Shown here: piece by piece, positions 53,826 through 61,829 of the stretch
Numbering within the stretch: the first letter of the stretch is position 1
How the letters are laid out: every line of letters begins with the position of its first letter
Assembly: GCA_963712465.1 (NCBI GenBank)
Contig: CAVQHY010000007.1
Location: 81,379 to 145,378, forward strand
Direction: 5' to 3'
DNA from: an uncultured Actinomycetes bacterium
Lineage (GTDB): Bacteria > Actinomycetota > Thermoleophilia > Gaiellales > Gaiellaceae
DNA length: 64,000 nucleotides
Made by a program: the position numbers and the translations under genes
Notes under the pieces: generated by a model
Databases searched by the model: none
Seen by the model: only the letters and a program-made list of their open reading frames with translations
What the model was told of the DNA's origin: nothing

Positions 53826-54719
53826 CTAGCCGGCGACCGGCGCGAACGTGCCGGCACGGTAGACCATTCCCTCGAGCTGACGCTCGAGCACGCCCTCGAG
53901 CCATTCGGCGACGACGATCAGCTCGTCGAGCTCGATACCCGTCTCGACCCCCTCGCCGTGCAGCAGGTACACGAGATCCTCGGTGCAGACGTTTCCCGTG
54001 GCCCGGGGCGCGAACGGGCACCCTCCCACGCCTCCAACCGAGGCGTCGAACACGGTCGCGCCGGCCTCGAGCGCGGCGAACGCATTGGCGAAGCCGGTAT
54101 TGCGCGTGTTGTGGAGATGAACGCCCACGGGGCGGCCGAGCTTCACGCCCTCGGAGACGAGGTGTCGCACCTGGCGCGGAACGCCGACCCCGACCGTGTC
54201 GGCGAACACGATCTCGTCCGCGTCCGCCGCGACGAGGCGGGCCGCGAGGTCGAGCACCCGGCCGGGGTCGATTGCGCCCTCGAACGGGCACCCGAACGCC
54301 GTCCCGATCGTCACCGTGGCGCGGATCCCGTCCGCGTGCGCGCGTCCGACGATGCGCTCGGCCGAGGCGGCCGACTCGGCCACCGCCGCGCCCGCGTTTC
54401 GCTGATTGAACTCCTCGCTGGCCGCGAAGGCGAAGTGCGCCTCGTCGAGCCCGGTCGCGACGAGCCGGTCGTAGCCCCTGTCGTTGAGGGCGAGGCCGGC
54501 GTACACCGCGCCCTCTCGGCGCTCGATCGCGGCGACCACGTCCTCCGCCCCGGCCATCTGCGGCACGCGGGCGGGGTTGACGAAGCTGCACGCCTCGATG
54601 CGAGGCACGCCCGCGCCCGCGAGACGGTTGACGAGCTCGGCGCGGGTCGAGGGGTCGAGGATCTTCGCGTCGTTCTGGAGGCCGTCCCGCGGCGCGACGT
54701 CGCAGATCGTCACCCTCAC
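53826..54719 (-). CDS. Hydroxymethylglutaryl-CoA lyase-like (HMGL family) enzyme.
   Basis: VRVTICDVAPRDGLQN...FASEEFNQRN...HLHNTRNTGFANAFAALEAG...GGLGGCP-like GGVGGCPFA. Start is GTG 54719 (alternative ATG 54744). Confidence 0.85.
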   Translation of the reverse strand: MRVTICDVAPRDGLQNDAKILDPSTRAELVNRLAGAGVPRIEACSFVNPARVPQMAGAEDVVAAIERREGAVYAGLALNDRGYDRLVATGLDEAHFAFAASEEFNQRNAGAAVAESAASAERIVGRAHADGIRATVTIGTAFGCPFEGAIDPGRVLDLAARLVAADADEIVFADTVGVGVPRQVRHLVSEGVKLGRPVGVHLHNTRNTGFANAFAALEAGATVFDASVGGVGGCPFAPRATGNVCTEDLVYLLHGEGVETGIELDELIVVAEWLEGVLERQLEGMVYRAGTFAPVAG

Positions 54720-54742
54720 GGCCCGCCCCCTGTCTCGATGAG

Positions 54743-54850
54743 CCATGGCCCGGGGACAGGCCCCTCGACATGGATGGTGACGTTCGCTGAGCACCCCCTG
54801 AGCCCCCAGGACATGTCCCGGGGACAGGCGAGGGGACAGGTCCCGTGGGG
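54743..54850. repeat. Two adjacent copies (D1, D2) of the GTCCCGGGGAC-type palindromic repeat inside an operon gap.
   Basis: D1 54743-54773 CCATGGCCCGGGGACAGGCCCCTCGACATGG. D2 54809-54850 GGACATGTCCCGGGGACAGGCGAGGGGACAGGTCCCGTGGGG. Confidence 0.75.
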
Positions 54851-54894
54851 GCCGGCCCTTCGCCGAGCGAGGCCACCGCTGACCACCGCCGGCC

Positions 54895-56145
54895 TCACAG
54901 GACGCCTTCCGCGCGGAGCGCGGCGATCTCCTCGTCGGAGAGGCCGAGCAGACCGCCGTAGACCTGGCCGTTGTGGCTCCCCTCGTCCCAGGTGGCCGAC
55001 CAGCGGACGGCTCCCGGCGTACGGGTCAGCTTCGGCACGATCCCGGGACCGATGTACTCGCCGAACTCGGGATCCACGTGCTTCACGAGCATCTCCCGCG
55101 CCTGGTACTGAGGGTCCTCGAAGATGTCCGCGATCGTGTAGATCGGGCCGCAGATGACCCCGGCCTCGTTCAGGATCTCGTCGATCTCGCGCGCGGTGTG
55201 AGACCGCGCCCAGTCGGCGACGATCCCCTCGATCTCGTCCTGGCTCTCCCCGCGGGCGAGGTGGGTCGCGAACCGCGGATCGTCGGCGAGCTCGGGCCGG
55301 CCGATCGCCTCGCACAGCCGGCGGAACACCTTGTTCGCGTTCGCCGCGATCACCATCCACTTGTCGTCGGACGACCTGAAGATGTTCGACGGTGCGATCC
55401 CCTTCAGGTTCGTGCCCTGCGGCCCGCGGACGATCCCGAGGCGGTCGTACTCGGGCACCGCGCTCTCGAGCAGCGCGAACGCCGACTCCATCAACGAGAC
55501 GTCGACGACCTGGCCGAGCCCCCCGCCGAGGGCATCGCGCCAGTAGAGCGCGGCGAGGATCCCCTGGGCGGCGAACATCCCCGCGAGCGAGTCGCCGAGC
55601 GAGATGTGCATGCGCGGCGGCGGCTGATCCGGAAACCCGTTGATGTGGCGAATCCCGCCCATCGCTTCCGAGACCGAGGCAAAACCCGCGCGCTTCGCGT
55701 ACGGCCCCGTCTGTCCGTAGCCGGACACGCGGGCGAGGATGATCTTCGGGTTCGTCTCCGACAGACGCTCGTAGCCGAGGTTCCACTTCTCGAGCGTGCC
55801 CGGGCGAAAGTTCTCGACGACGACGTCGGAGCGCTCGACGAGCCGGAGGAGGAGCTCCTGCCCGCGCTCGTGGCGAAGGTTGAGGGTCACGCATTTCTTG
55901 TTGCGCGACTGGACGGGCCACCAGAGCGACCGCCCCTCGTAGCGGGCCTTGCCCCAGTCGCGGATCGGATCCGGCTGGCCCGGCGGCTCGACCTTGATGA
56001 TCTCGGCGCCGAGGTCGCCGAGGAGCCGCCCCGTGAACGGCCCCGCGAGGAGCTGGCCGAGCTCGACAATCCTCACGCCGGCGAGCGGTCCGGGCCCGCC
56101 GCGCTCGCGGGCGTCGACGTCAGCTGCGATGGCGGATTCCGTCAT
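54895..56145 (-). CDS. CaiB/BaiF family (family III) CoA-transferase.
   Basis: PLAGVRIVELGQLLAGPFTGRLLGDLGAEIIKVEPP...RNKK...VENFRPG. Confidence 0.88.
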   Translation of the reverse strand: MTESAIAADVDARERGGPGPLAGVRIVELGQLLAGPFTGRLLGDLGAEIIKVEPPGQPDPIRDWGKARYEGRSLWWPVQSRNKKCVTLNLRHERGQELLLRLVERSDVVVENFRPGTLEKWNLGYERLSETNPKIILARVSGYGQTGPYAKRAGFASVSEAMGGIRHINGFPDQPPPRMHISLGDSLAGMFAAQGILAALYWRDALGGGLGQVVDVSLMESAFALLESAVPEYDRLGIVRGPQGTNLKGIAPSNIFRSSDDKWMVIAANANKVFRRLCEAIGRPELADDPRFATHLARGESQDEIEGIVADWARSHTAREIDEILNEAGVICGPIYTIADIFEDPQYQAREMLVKHVDPEFGEYIGPGIVPKLTRTPGAVRWSATWDEGSHNGQVYGGLLGLSDEEIAALRAEGVL

Positions 56146-56821
56146 GCCTCTCCTTCAGCCTCTCGATCAGGAAGTCCCGGGCCTCGAAGACGTGCTCTTT
56201 CATGAGGAGCTCGGCGCGCTGGGCGTCGCGGGCGGCGAGGGCGAGCGTGAGCTGCTGGTGGTAGTGATCGGAGACCCGCTTCTGCTCGGGTGAGTACCAG
56301 GTGAACGACCGGTAGACGAGCGGCAGCTCGACGACCTTGCGCACCATCTGGGCGAGCCGCTCGCTGCCGGCCGCCTCGAGGATCGTCGAGTGGAAGACGA
56401 GATTCTCGCCGATCAGGTCCGCGAGGACCTCGTCGCCCGCCGCCAGCTTGGCGAAGCGGGCGTTCGACTCGCGTAGGCGCTCCAGGTCCTCCTCTGAGAT
56501 GCGGCTCGCCGCACGCCTCGCCGCGTGTCCCTCGAGCAGCGCGCGCAGGTCGTAGAGGTCGTCGATCTCGTCGGGCGCGTAGGCGCGAACGGTCGCACCG
56601 CGGTTCGGCGCCGAGTCGACCAGCCCCTCGGCCTGGAGGTACAGGAGGGCCTCACGCACCGGGGTGCGCGAGATGCCCAGATCTCGAGCGAGCTCCTCCT
56701 CTTTGAGCCGCTGGCCGGGCTCGAGCCGCCCGCCCATGATCGCCGCGCGGATCAGCTCGGTGGCGGCGACGCCGGCGTTCCGGGTGAGCGGTGCCTGACC
56801 GTCGTCGAGGATCCTCGCCAC
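56120..56821 (-). CDS. GntR-family transcriptional regulator (FadR/FCD subfamily).
   Basis: Winged HTH: RLKEEELARDLGISRTPVREALLYLQAEGLV. Helical FCD-like C-terminal domain. GTG 56821 chosen as start. Confidence 0.85.
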   Translation of the reverse strand: MARILDDGQAPLTRNAGVAATELIRAAIMGGRLEPGQRLKEEELARDLGISRTPVREALLYLQAEGLVDSAPNRGATVRAYAPDEIDDLYDLRALLEGHAARRAASRISEEDLERLRESNARFAKLAAGDEVLADLIGENLVFHSTILEAAGSERLAQMVRKVVELPLVYRSFTWYSPEQKRVSDHYHQQLTLALAARDAQRAELLMKEHVFEARDFLIERLKERHDGIRHRS

Positions 56822-56830
56822 GGGGCGGCA

Positions 56831-56843
56831 GCATACTGTATGC
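56831..56843. promoter_or_regulatory. 13-bp perfect palindrome GCATACTGTATGC, candidate GntR operator.
   Basis: It lies 10-22 nt upstream of the GntR GTG start, in the divergent intergenic region. Confidence 0.4.
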
Positions 56844-56932
56844 AAAGCGGTTTCTCCGGCGACTCTCATGCGGCGGTGGCCTCGGCCTAAACCGTCGCGT
56901 CCCGCTCATCGAAATACACTTCAGGAGCCCGG

Positions 56933-57121
56933 ATGGCAGCTGAAGAGTCACCTCTCTCGACCGGCCTCTCCGGAATCGGCGACCGCGTCGCGGGCCTCGC
57001 GCGCGCGCGGCGATGTCAGCCGCATCGCGACGATCGTTGCCGCATGACGGCTCCGGCCGTCTTCGGGCTGCAGCGCGAGGTCGGAGCGGCCGTCGCCGGT
57101 GATCGCTCGCGACGATCCTGA
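56933..57121 (+). CDS. Candidate small ORF (62 aa); uncertain.
   Basis: AGGAG lies 5 nt upstream of ATG 56933. GC3 is moderately high. No recognisable motif. The frame situation downstream is ambiguous (see findings). Confidence 0.3.
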   Translation: MAAEESPLSTGLSGIGDRVAGLARARRCQPHRDDRCRMTAPAVFGLQREVGAAVAGDRSRRS

Positions 57122-57326
57122 TGTCGGCGCGGACACGATCGCCCCGTCCGAGATCGAGACGATCGACCGCCTGACGAGCGACAAGGTCTTTCGCTTCCGC
57201 TTCCAGCAGCTCCAGGACGGGACGGCCGCACTCGTCCTCGACGATCTTCGGCTGCCGCCCCCGAGGAGCAGACGGCGCCGGCCGAGACTCAGCCGGCCCC
57301 GGCGGACACGACGACCGCGCAGTAGC

Positions 57327-57692
57327 GTGGACGACGAGGCTCGCGCCGCCGTCACGCGGGCGAAGGCGCGGCTCGACAGGCTCGACCTGTACCCGCGACC
57401 GGTCAGCCTCGACCATGTCCACGTCCTCGTGGTGCCGCAGCTCTTTCGGCTGCCGTGGATGCGGCGCTACGCCGGGTACGCAGTGACCAGTCTGATCCTC
57501 CTCAGGCGCCCGCCCGGGGCGGGCGCCTCGGACGACCTCGTCACGCACGAGCTGTGCCACGTCTGGCAGCAGCAGCACCGTCGGCTGACGATGTTCTGGA
57601 CGTGGCTCTCCACGCGTTACGAGGAAAACCCGTTCGAGCTCGAGGCGCAGCGGGCCGTGCTCGAGACTCGGGAGCCGACACCCGGCGCCTGA
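57327..57692 (+). CDS. Small zincin-like protein with HExxH motif (DUF4157-like).
   Basis: LVTHELCHVWQQQH resembles the HELxHVxQQ signature. High GC3. Start could be GTG 57327 (just after a TAG in another frame) or GTG 57099, the 197-aa track ORF. Confidence 0.55.
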   Translation: MDDEARAAVTRAKARLDRLDLYPRPVSLDHVHVLVVPQLFRLPWMRRYAGYAVTSLILLRRPPGAGASDDLVTHELCHVWQQQHRRLTMFWTWLSTRYEENPFELEAQRAVLETREPTPGA

Positions 57693-58653
57693 GGCCGCCT
57701 AGGAGGAGCAGGGCGAGCGGAACGGCCGCCGCCAGCACGAGCCATGGTGCGAGGGGCGTGACGCGGAGCGCCGGGTTGGAAGCGGCGAGGGGGCCCGCCC
57801 CCAGCCAGGTGCGCGCGGCACGGACAGCCGACCCGACCTCGTCCTCGGCGAAGACCCGCCCGCCCGAGGTCGCGGCCGCGAGACGGCCGAGCTGCGCATC
57901 GACGGTCGCGTCGGGACGGTAGGCGGGGTCTGCGCTGCCGTCCGACGCGAAGACGCGCTCGCGTGCATCCCAGAAGCGGACGATCACGAGACCGATCCCG
58001 GAGCGCTCGAAGCTGCGGCTGACCGCCTCGGGGTCGAAGACCCGGCTCTCGCCGTCGGTCAGGAGGACGACGAGCCGCCGGGCCGCCCCACCGCCGAAGA
58101 AGTTCTCCCGGTCCAGCCGCTCGAGCACAGCGAACGTGGTCGCGCGCGCCTGACGCTCCCGTGGCGGTGGCCGCTCGATGCCGATGGCACGCGTCGCGAC
58201 CGCTGCGAAGGCGGAAGCGTCGGCCGTCGGAAACAGGTGCGGGAGGGCACGGTCGGTCATCGAGACCACGCCCACGGGGATCTCGGGAAGCGAAGATCGG
58301 ATGCGCAGCCCGGCCCCGACCGCCCGTTCGAGGCGCGTCGGCGCACCGGCCGCGGCGGCCGCGCTCATCGAGCGGGACGTGTCGAAGACGACGTACGCCT
58401 CGGCATCCGTGCGGGCGCGGGCTCCGGCGACCACGCTCACGACGGGCTGCGCCGCGGCGAGCCCGAGCAGCGCGAATGCGACGACGAGGGCAGTCGTGGC
58501 TCCCCGCCCGGCGCCGCGGCCGGGAGGGTCGAGGCCGAGGGCGCTCCGTAGCGGTGCGGCGCGCCGCTCGCGCATCCGGATCGCCCAGATCGGAAGCACG
58601 ACCGCGACGGCGACGAGCGCGCCGAGCGGGCTCAGGAACCCTGGGTCCGGCAC
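57541..58653 (-). CDS. vWA domain-containing membrane protein (BatA/BatB-like).
   Basis: N-terminal TM segment. vWA MIDAS-like VVFDTSRSM...LLTDGES. C-terminal TM segment (LAPWLVLAAAVPLALLLLGGL), followed by a low-complexity tail that overlaps the convergent zincin gene. Confidence 0.75.
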   Translation of the reverse strand: MPDPGFLSPLGALVAVAVVLPIWAIRMRERRAAPLRSALGLDPPGRGAGRGATTALVVAFALLGLAAAQPVVSVVAGARARTDAEAYVVFDTSRSMSAAAAAGAPTRLERAVGAGLRIRSSLPEIPVGVVSMTDRALPHLFPTADASAFAAVATRAIGIERPPPRERQARATTFAVLERLDRENFFGGGAARRLVVLLTDGESRVFDPEAVSRSFERSGIGLVIVRFWDARERVFASDGSADPAYRPDATVDAQLGRLAAATSGGRVFAEDEVGSAVRAARTWLGAGPLAASNPALRVTPLAPWLVLAAAVPLALLLLGGLRRRVSAPESRARPAAPRARTGFPRNAWRATSRTSSADGAAAARRGTARA

Positions 58654-58658
58654 GGGTA

Positions 58659-59264
58659 CTAGAACCCCTCACCTGCGGGAGTAGCGCCGGCGCCGGCGTC
58701 GCCCAGGCCGCCCGAGTCCCGTCGCGGCGCGGTCGTCTGTCGCGCCAAGATCGTCTGGAGCAGCTCGACGTTGCGCTTCGCCGCCTCGTTGTCCGGGTCG
58801 ATGAGCGCCGACTCGCGAAACGCCTGGAGGGCCAGCACCCGCAGACGAGCCGAGCCGCGGTCGTCCAGACGCGAGCTCTCGAAGAGAAGCGCGCCGTCGA
58901 GGTTGGCCGCGGCGGACCGAAGCGCCGCGCTGTCGCCGGTACGCGCGAGTCGCAAGAGCTCCGACTCCGCGCGCGCCTGGAGCGCGAGCACCGCCTCGGG
59001 CTCGAGTCCCGGCCGGCGACTCTCGAGCACGAGGCCGACCGATCTCCGGTAGTCGCGATCGTCTCCCAGGGCGAGGATCGAATCGGCCGCCCGCCCCGCG
59101 GCGCCCGGCGACCCCGCCGGAGGGGCGCCGGCGGCGATCCTCGCTCCGTCTCGCCCCAGCAACGCCTCCGCCGTCAGCACGGCGTGAGCGAGAATCGCGA
59201 GCACGGCCGCGACGGCGACGGCGAGGAGCGCGACTGCGGCGGTGATCACGTTCCTCCGGGTCAC
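58659..59264 (-). CDS. Hypothetical membrane-anchored helical protein (BatC-like position).
   Basis: N-terminal TM segment (VITAAVALLAVAVAAVLAILA) followed by a helical Ala/Leu/Arg-rich region. 4-nt overlap with the upstream gene. Confidence 0.6.
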   Translation of the reverse strand: MTRRNVITAAVALLAVAVAAVLAILAHAVLTAEALLGRDGARIAAGAPPAGSPGAAGRAADSILALGDDRDYRRSVGLVLESRRPGLEPEAVLALQARAESELLRLARTGDSAALRSAAANLDGALLFESSRLDDRGSARLRVLALQAFRESALIDPDNEAAKRNVELLQTILARQTTAPRRDSGGLGDAGAGATPAGEGF

Positions 59265-60148
59265 TGCCGGGCCGCCCGCACTCGGCCCCAGGCGAAGGGG
59301 ACGACGAGGAGCTCATGGGCGGCGAGCGCGAGCGCGACGATGCCGACGAGCGCCGCGACCGCGAGCGGGAAGTTGCCCGAACGCAACCCGCTCCCGTTCC
59401 CGGCGACCGAGGCCAGGGCGACCACGCGCTCGCTGCCGATCGCGCGACGGTAGAGCGCGACCTCCGCATCGGTCGCCGGCGGAACGGCCACGATCCGCAG
59501 GTCGATCCCACGCCGACCGTAGTCGGCAAGCTCTCCGGCGAGCGGTGCGACGTCCTCGGCTGCGCCGGACAGGTCGCTGACGAGGAGCACGCTCCCGCCG
59601 GCGACCCGGTCGCGCACGAGCGCCTCGCGCGCGGCAGCGAGGCCGGTCGAGATGCGCGTGCCGCCGCTGAAGCTCCCGAACCAGGGGCTCAGGGGATACG
59701 TCGTCGGTGCCGGCGCGCCCGGGCCGGCGGCGCGGTACGACTTCGGGCGCCCCGCCGCGCCGGGATCCCGCTTCGGCTCGAAGAACCGGATGAACGGAAC
59801 CAGCTCCCGCGCCGGGGTTCCCGGCGGCAGCGCCTCCTGCGCCGTGTCGGAGAACAGGACGAGGCCGACCCGCGCCGACCCGCCGTCGGCGTCGGCGATC
59901 TCGTGCAGCGTGCGCGAGATCTGCCGGTACACGAGATCGGAGACGCTGGTGGAGAAGTCGAGGACGACAACGGTGCTCCCGTCGGTCGCGAGCAGCCCGG
60001 CGACGGGCGCGGCCGGCTCGCGCAGCAGGAGCGCGGCCGCCGCGAGACAGGCGGCGACCGCGAGGACGAGCGCCGTACGACGTAGCGCGCTGCGGCGCGC
60101 CGCACGACGGAAGGCGGACGCGTCGGCCAGCAGGATCGCCTCGCTCAT
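59261..60148 (-). CDS. vWA domain-containing membrane protein.
   Basis: MSEAILLADASAF..., TM segment, VVVLDFSTSVS...VLLVSDLSG, and a C-terminal TM segment. ATGA-type overlaps on both sides. Confidence 0.7.
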   Translation of the reverse strand: MSEAILLADASAFRRAARRSALRRTALVLAVAACLAAAALLLREPAAPVAGLLATDGSTVVVLDFSTSVSDLVYRQISRTLHEIADADGGSARVGLVLFSDTAQEALPPGTPARELVPFIRFFEPKRDPGAAGRPKSYRAAGPGAPAPTTYPLSPWFGSFSGGTRISTGLAAAREALVRDRVAGGSVLLVSDLSGAAEDVAPLAGELADYGRRGIDLRIVAVPPATDAEVALYRRAIGSERVVALASVAGNGSGLRSGNFPLAVAALVGIVALALAAHELLVVPFAWGRVRAARQ

Positions 60149-61029
60149 GCGGCGATCCCCTTCCGCACCGATGCCGCGAGATCTCGCATCCGGTCGATGT
60201 CGGGAGGCGCCGCCGACCACGCCAGGCGCCGGGCATCGGCCGCAAGCGACCCGTCGTCGACGGCTCCGGAGAGCGCGTGCAGCGCCAGGCGCCGCTGCTC
60301 GACGGTACCGTCCGCCCGCTCGACGAGCCCGAGCGCCCGCTCGAGCTCGCCCTGCCCCTCCTCGACAACGTCCTCCGTCGCGGAAGCCGCGGCCAACCCC
60401 GGCCGAAGCCGCCGGGCGAGCCAGACGCCGGCGGCGAGCACCAGCGCACACGCCGCTCCGCCGAGGAGCCAGCCGAGCACGGTGGGGTCCACCCGGGCCG
60501 ACGCGGCGGGCAGCGCCGCCAGATCGGCCTGGGGGGACGGGTCGACGACGTCGTCTCGGTCTAGCCGCGACGCGACGACGAGCCCGGGCCACGGCACGGT
60601 CACGGTGACGACGCCGTTCGGGGCGGGATACTGAACCCTCGCGGCCAGCAGCTCCAGCTCCTCGCGTGCCTCGAGCGGCGCGCAGCCGCGGTCGACGCAC
60701 TGGATCGGGTAGACGTAGCGCAGGTGAGTCGTACGGCCCGCGTCGGCGCGAGTACGCTCGATCGGGCCGACGCGGGCAAACGGCGAGAACCGCGTGCTGA
60801 CGACGATGGCGTCGAGGTTGACCAGCTCGTTGTCGACGACGACATCGATCGTGGCGGTCAGCCGGTCGCCGAAGACGTGCCGGGGCCGGTCGATCGAGCC
60901 GGTTGCCGTCAGTGGCTTCGCGGGACGCACCCCCGCCGGCTCCGGGCCGCCCGCGAGCAGGACGGCGACGATCGCGGCGACCGCGACGAGCGCGAGCAGG
61001 CCGAGCGCAACGGGGAGCGCGCGCCTCAT
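60145..61029 (-). CDS. Hypothetical two-TM protein of the MoxR/vWA operon.
   Basis: MRRALPVALGLLALVAVAAIVAVLLAG plus a second TM segment VLGWLLGGAACALVLAAGVWLA. Translationally coupled on both sides. Confidence 0.6.
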   Translation of the reverse strand: MRRALPVALGLLALVAVAAIVAVLLAGGPEPAGVRPAKPLTATGSIDRPRHVFGDRLTATIDVVVDNELVNLDAIVVSTRFSPFARVGPIERTRADAGRTTHLRYVYPIQCVDRGCAPLEAREELELLAARVQYPAPNGVVTVTVPWPGLVVASRLDRDDVVDPSPQADLAALPAASARVDPTVLGWLLGGAACALVLAAGVWLARRLRPGLAAASATEDVVEEGQGELERALGLVERADGTVEQRRLALHALSGAVDDGSLAADARRLAWSAAPPDIDRMRDLAASVRKGIAA

Positions 61030-61829
61030 CCCCGGCCCCACCGTACGAGCCTGCGCGGCGCACTCCGACCGTCCGCCCAGATCGAGAAGGCCTCGAGCAC
61101 GCCGGCCGGCCCGTCGGAGCTCACCAGCACATGGTCGAGGCCCGCAGCGGCAAATCGGTCGAGCAGATCTCGCAGCCGCCCCTCGTTCGCGAGCCGGCGC
61201 GCGGCCACCTCGGCCCTGGTGAGCCGGACCGAGCGCGCGCGGCCGCCTGCAGGCCCGGCGACGGGGAGGGTCGCGCCCGCCACGTCCGGGAAGCTCTGCT
61301 CCCACACCGGATCCTGAAACACGACCGGGACGGCGTCGTAGCGGAGTGCGAGGGTCCGCCAGTCACAACCCGGCGGCGCGAGGAAGTCCGACAGGAGAAA
61401 GACGAACGATCCAGGAGGCGCCTCGAGCTCGCCGAGACTGGCCGGCGGCCGCTCCTCGTGGGGGCAGCGGGCGGCATCGGCGCTTGCGACGAGGACGCGG
61501 TAGGCCTCCTCGACGGCCGCCGGTTTCGAGAGCCACGGGAGCTCCTCCGGGAAGAGCGCCATCGACGGCGAGGGATCGACCGAGACAATCACGCGCACCG
61601 CCTCCTCGGTCAGATGCTCGCGAACGACGAACTCGTCCCGCCCGGTCGCTGCCGAGCGACGCGCCGACGCGCGATGGTCGATGCGGCGGATGTCGTCGCC
61701 GGGCGCGTACGGGCGCAGTCCGGCGAGGTCGGCGCCCGTGCCCCGGCGGACCGAGCGCAGCGCGCCGGCGGGACGGCCTGCGACGCGCCGCCGCGGGACG
61801 AGCGGCACGGTGGCCGTCGCCGGGCTCAC
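61026..61829 (-). CDS. DUF58 domain-containing protein.
   Basis: GRPAGALRSVRRGTGADLAGLRPYAPGDDIRRIDHRASAR is the DUF58 signature. GTGA overlap with moxR. Confidence 0.85.
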   Translation of the reverse strand: MSPATATVPLVPRRRVAGRPAGALRSVRRGTGADLAGLRPYAPGDDIRRIDHRASARRSAATGRDEFVVREHLTEEAVRVIVSVDPSPSMALFPEELPWLSKPAAVEEAYRVLVASADAARCPHEERPPASLGELEAPPGSFVFLLSDFLAPPGCDWRTLALRYDAVPVVFQDPVWEQSFPDVAGATLPVAGPAGGRARSVRLTRAEVAARRLANEGRLRDLLDRFAAAGLDHVLVSSDGPAGVLEAFSIWADGRSAPRRLVRWGRG

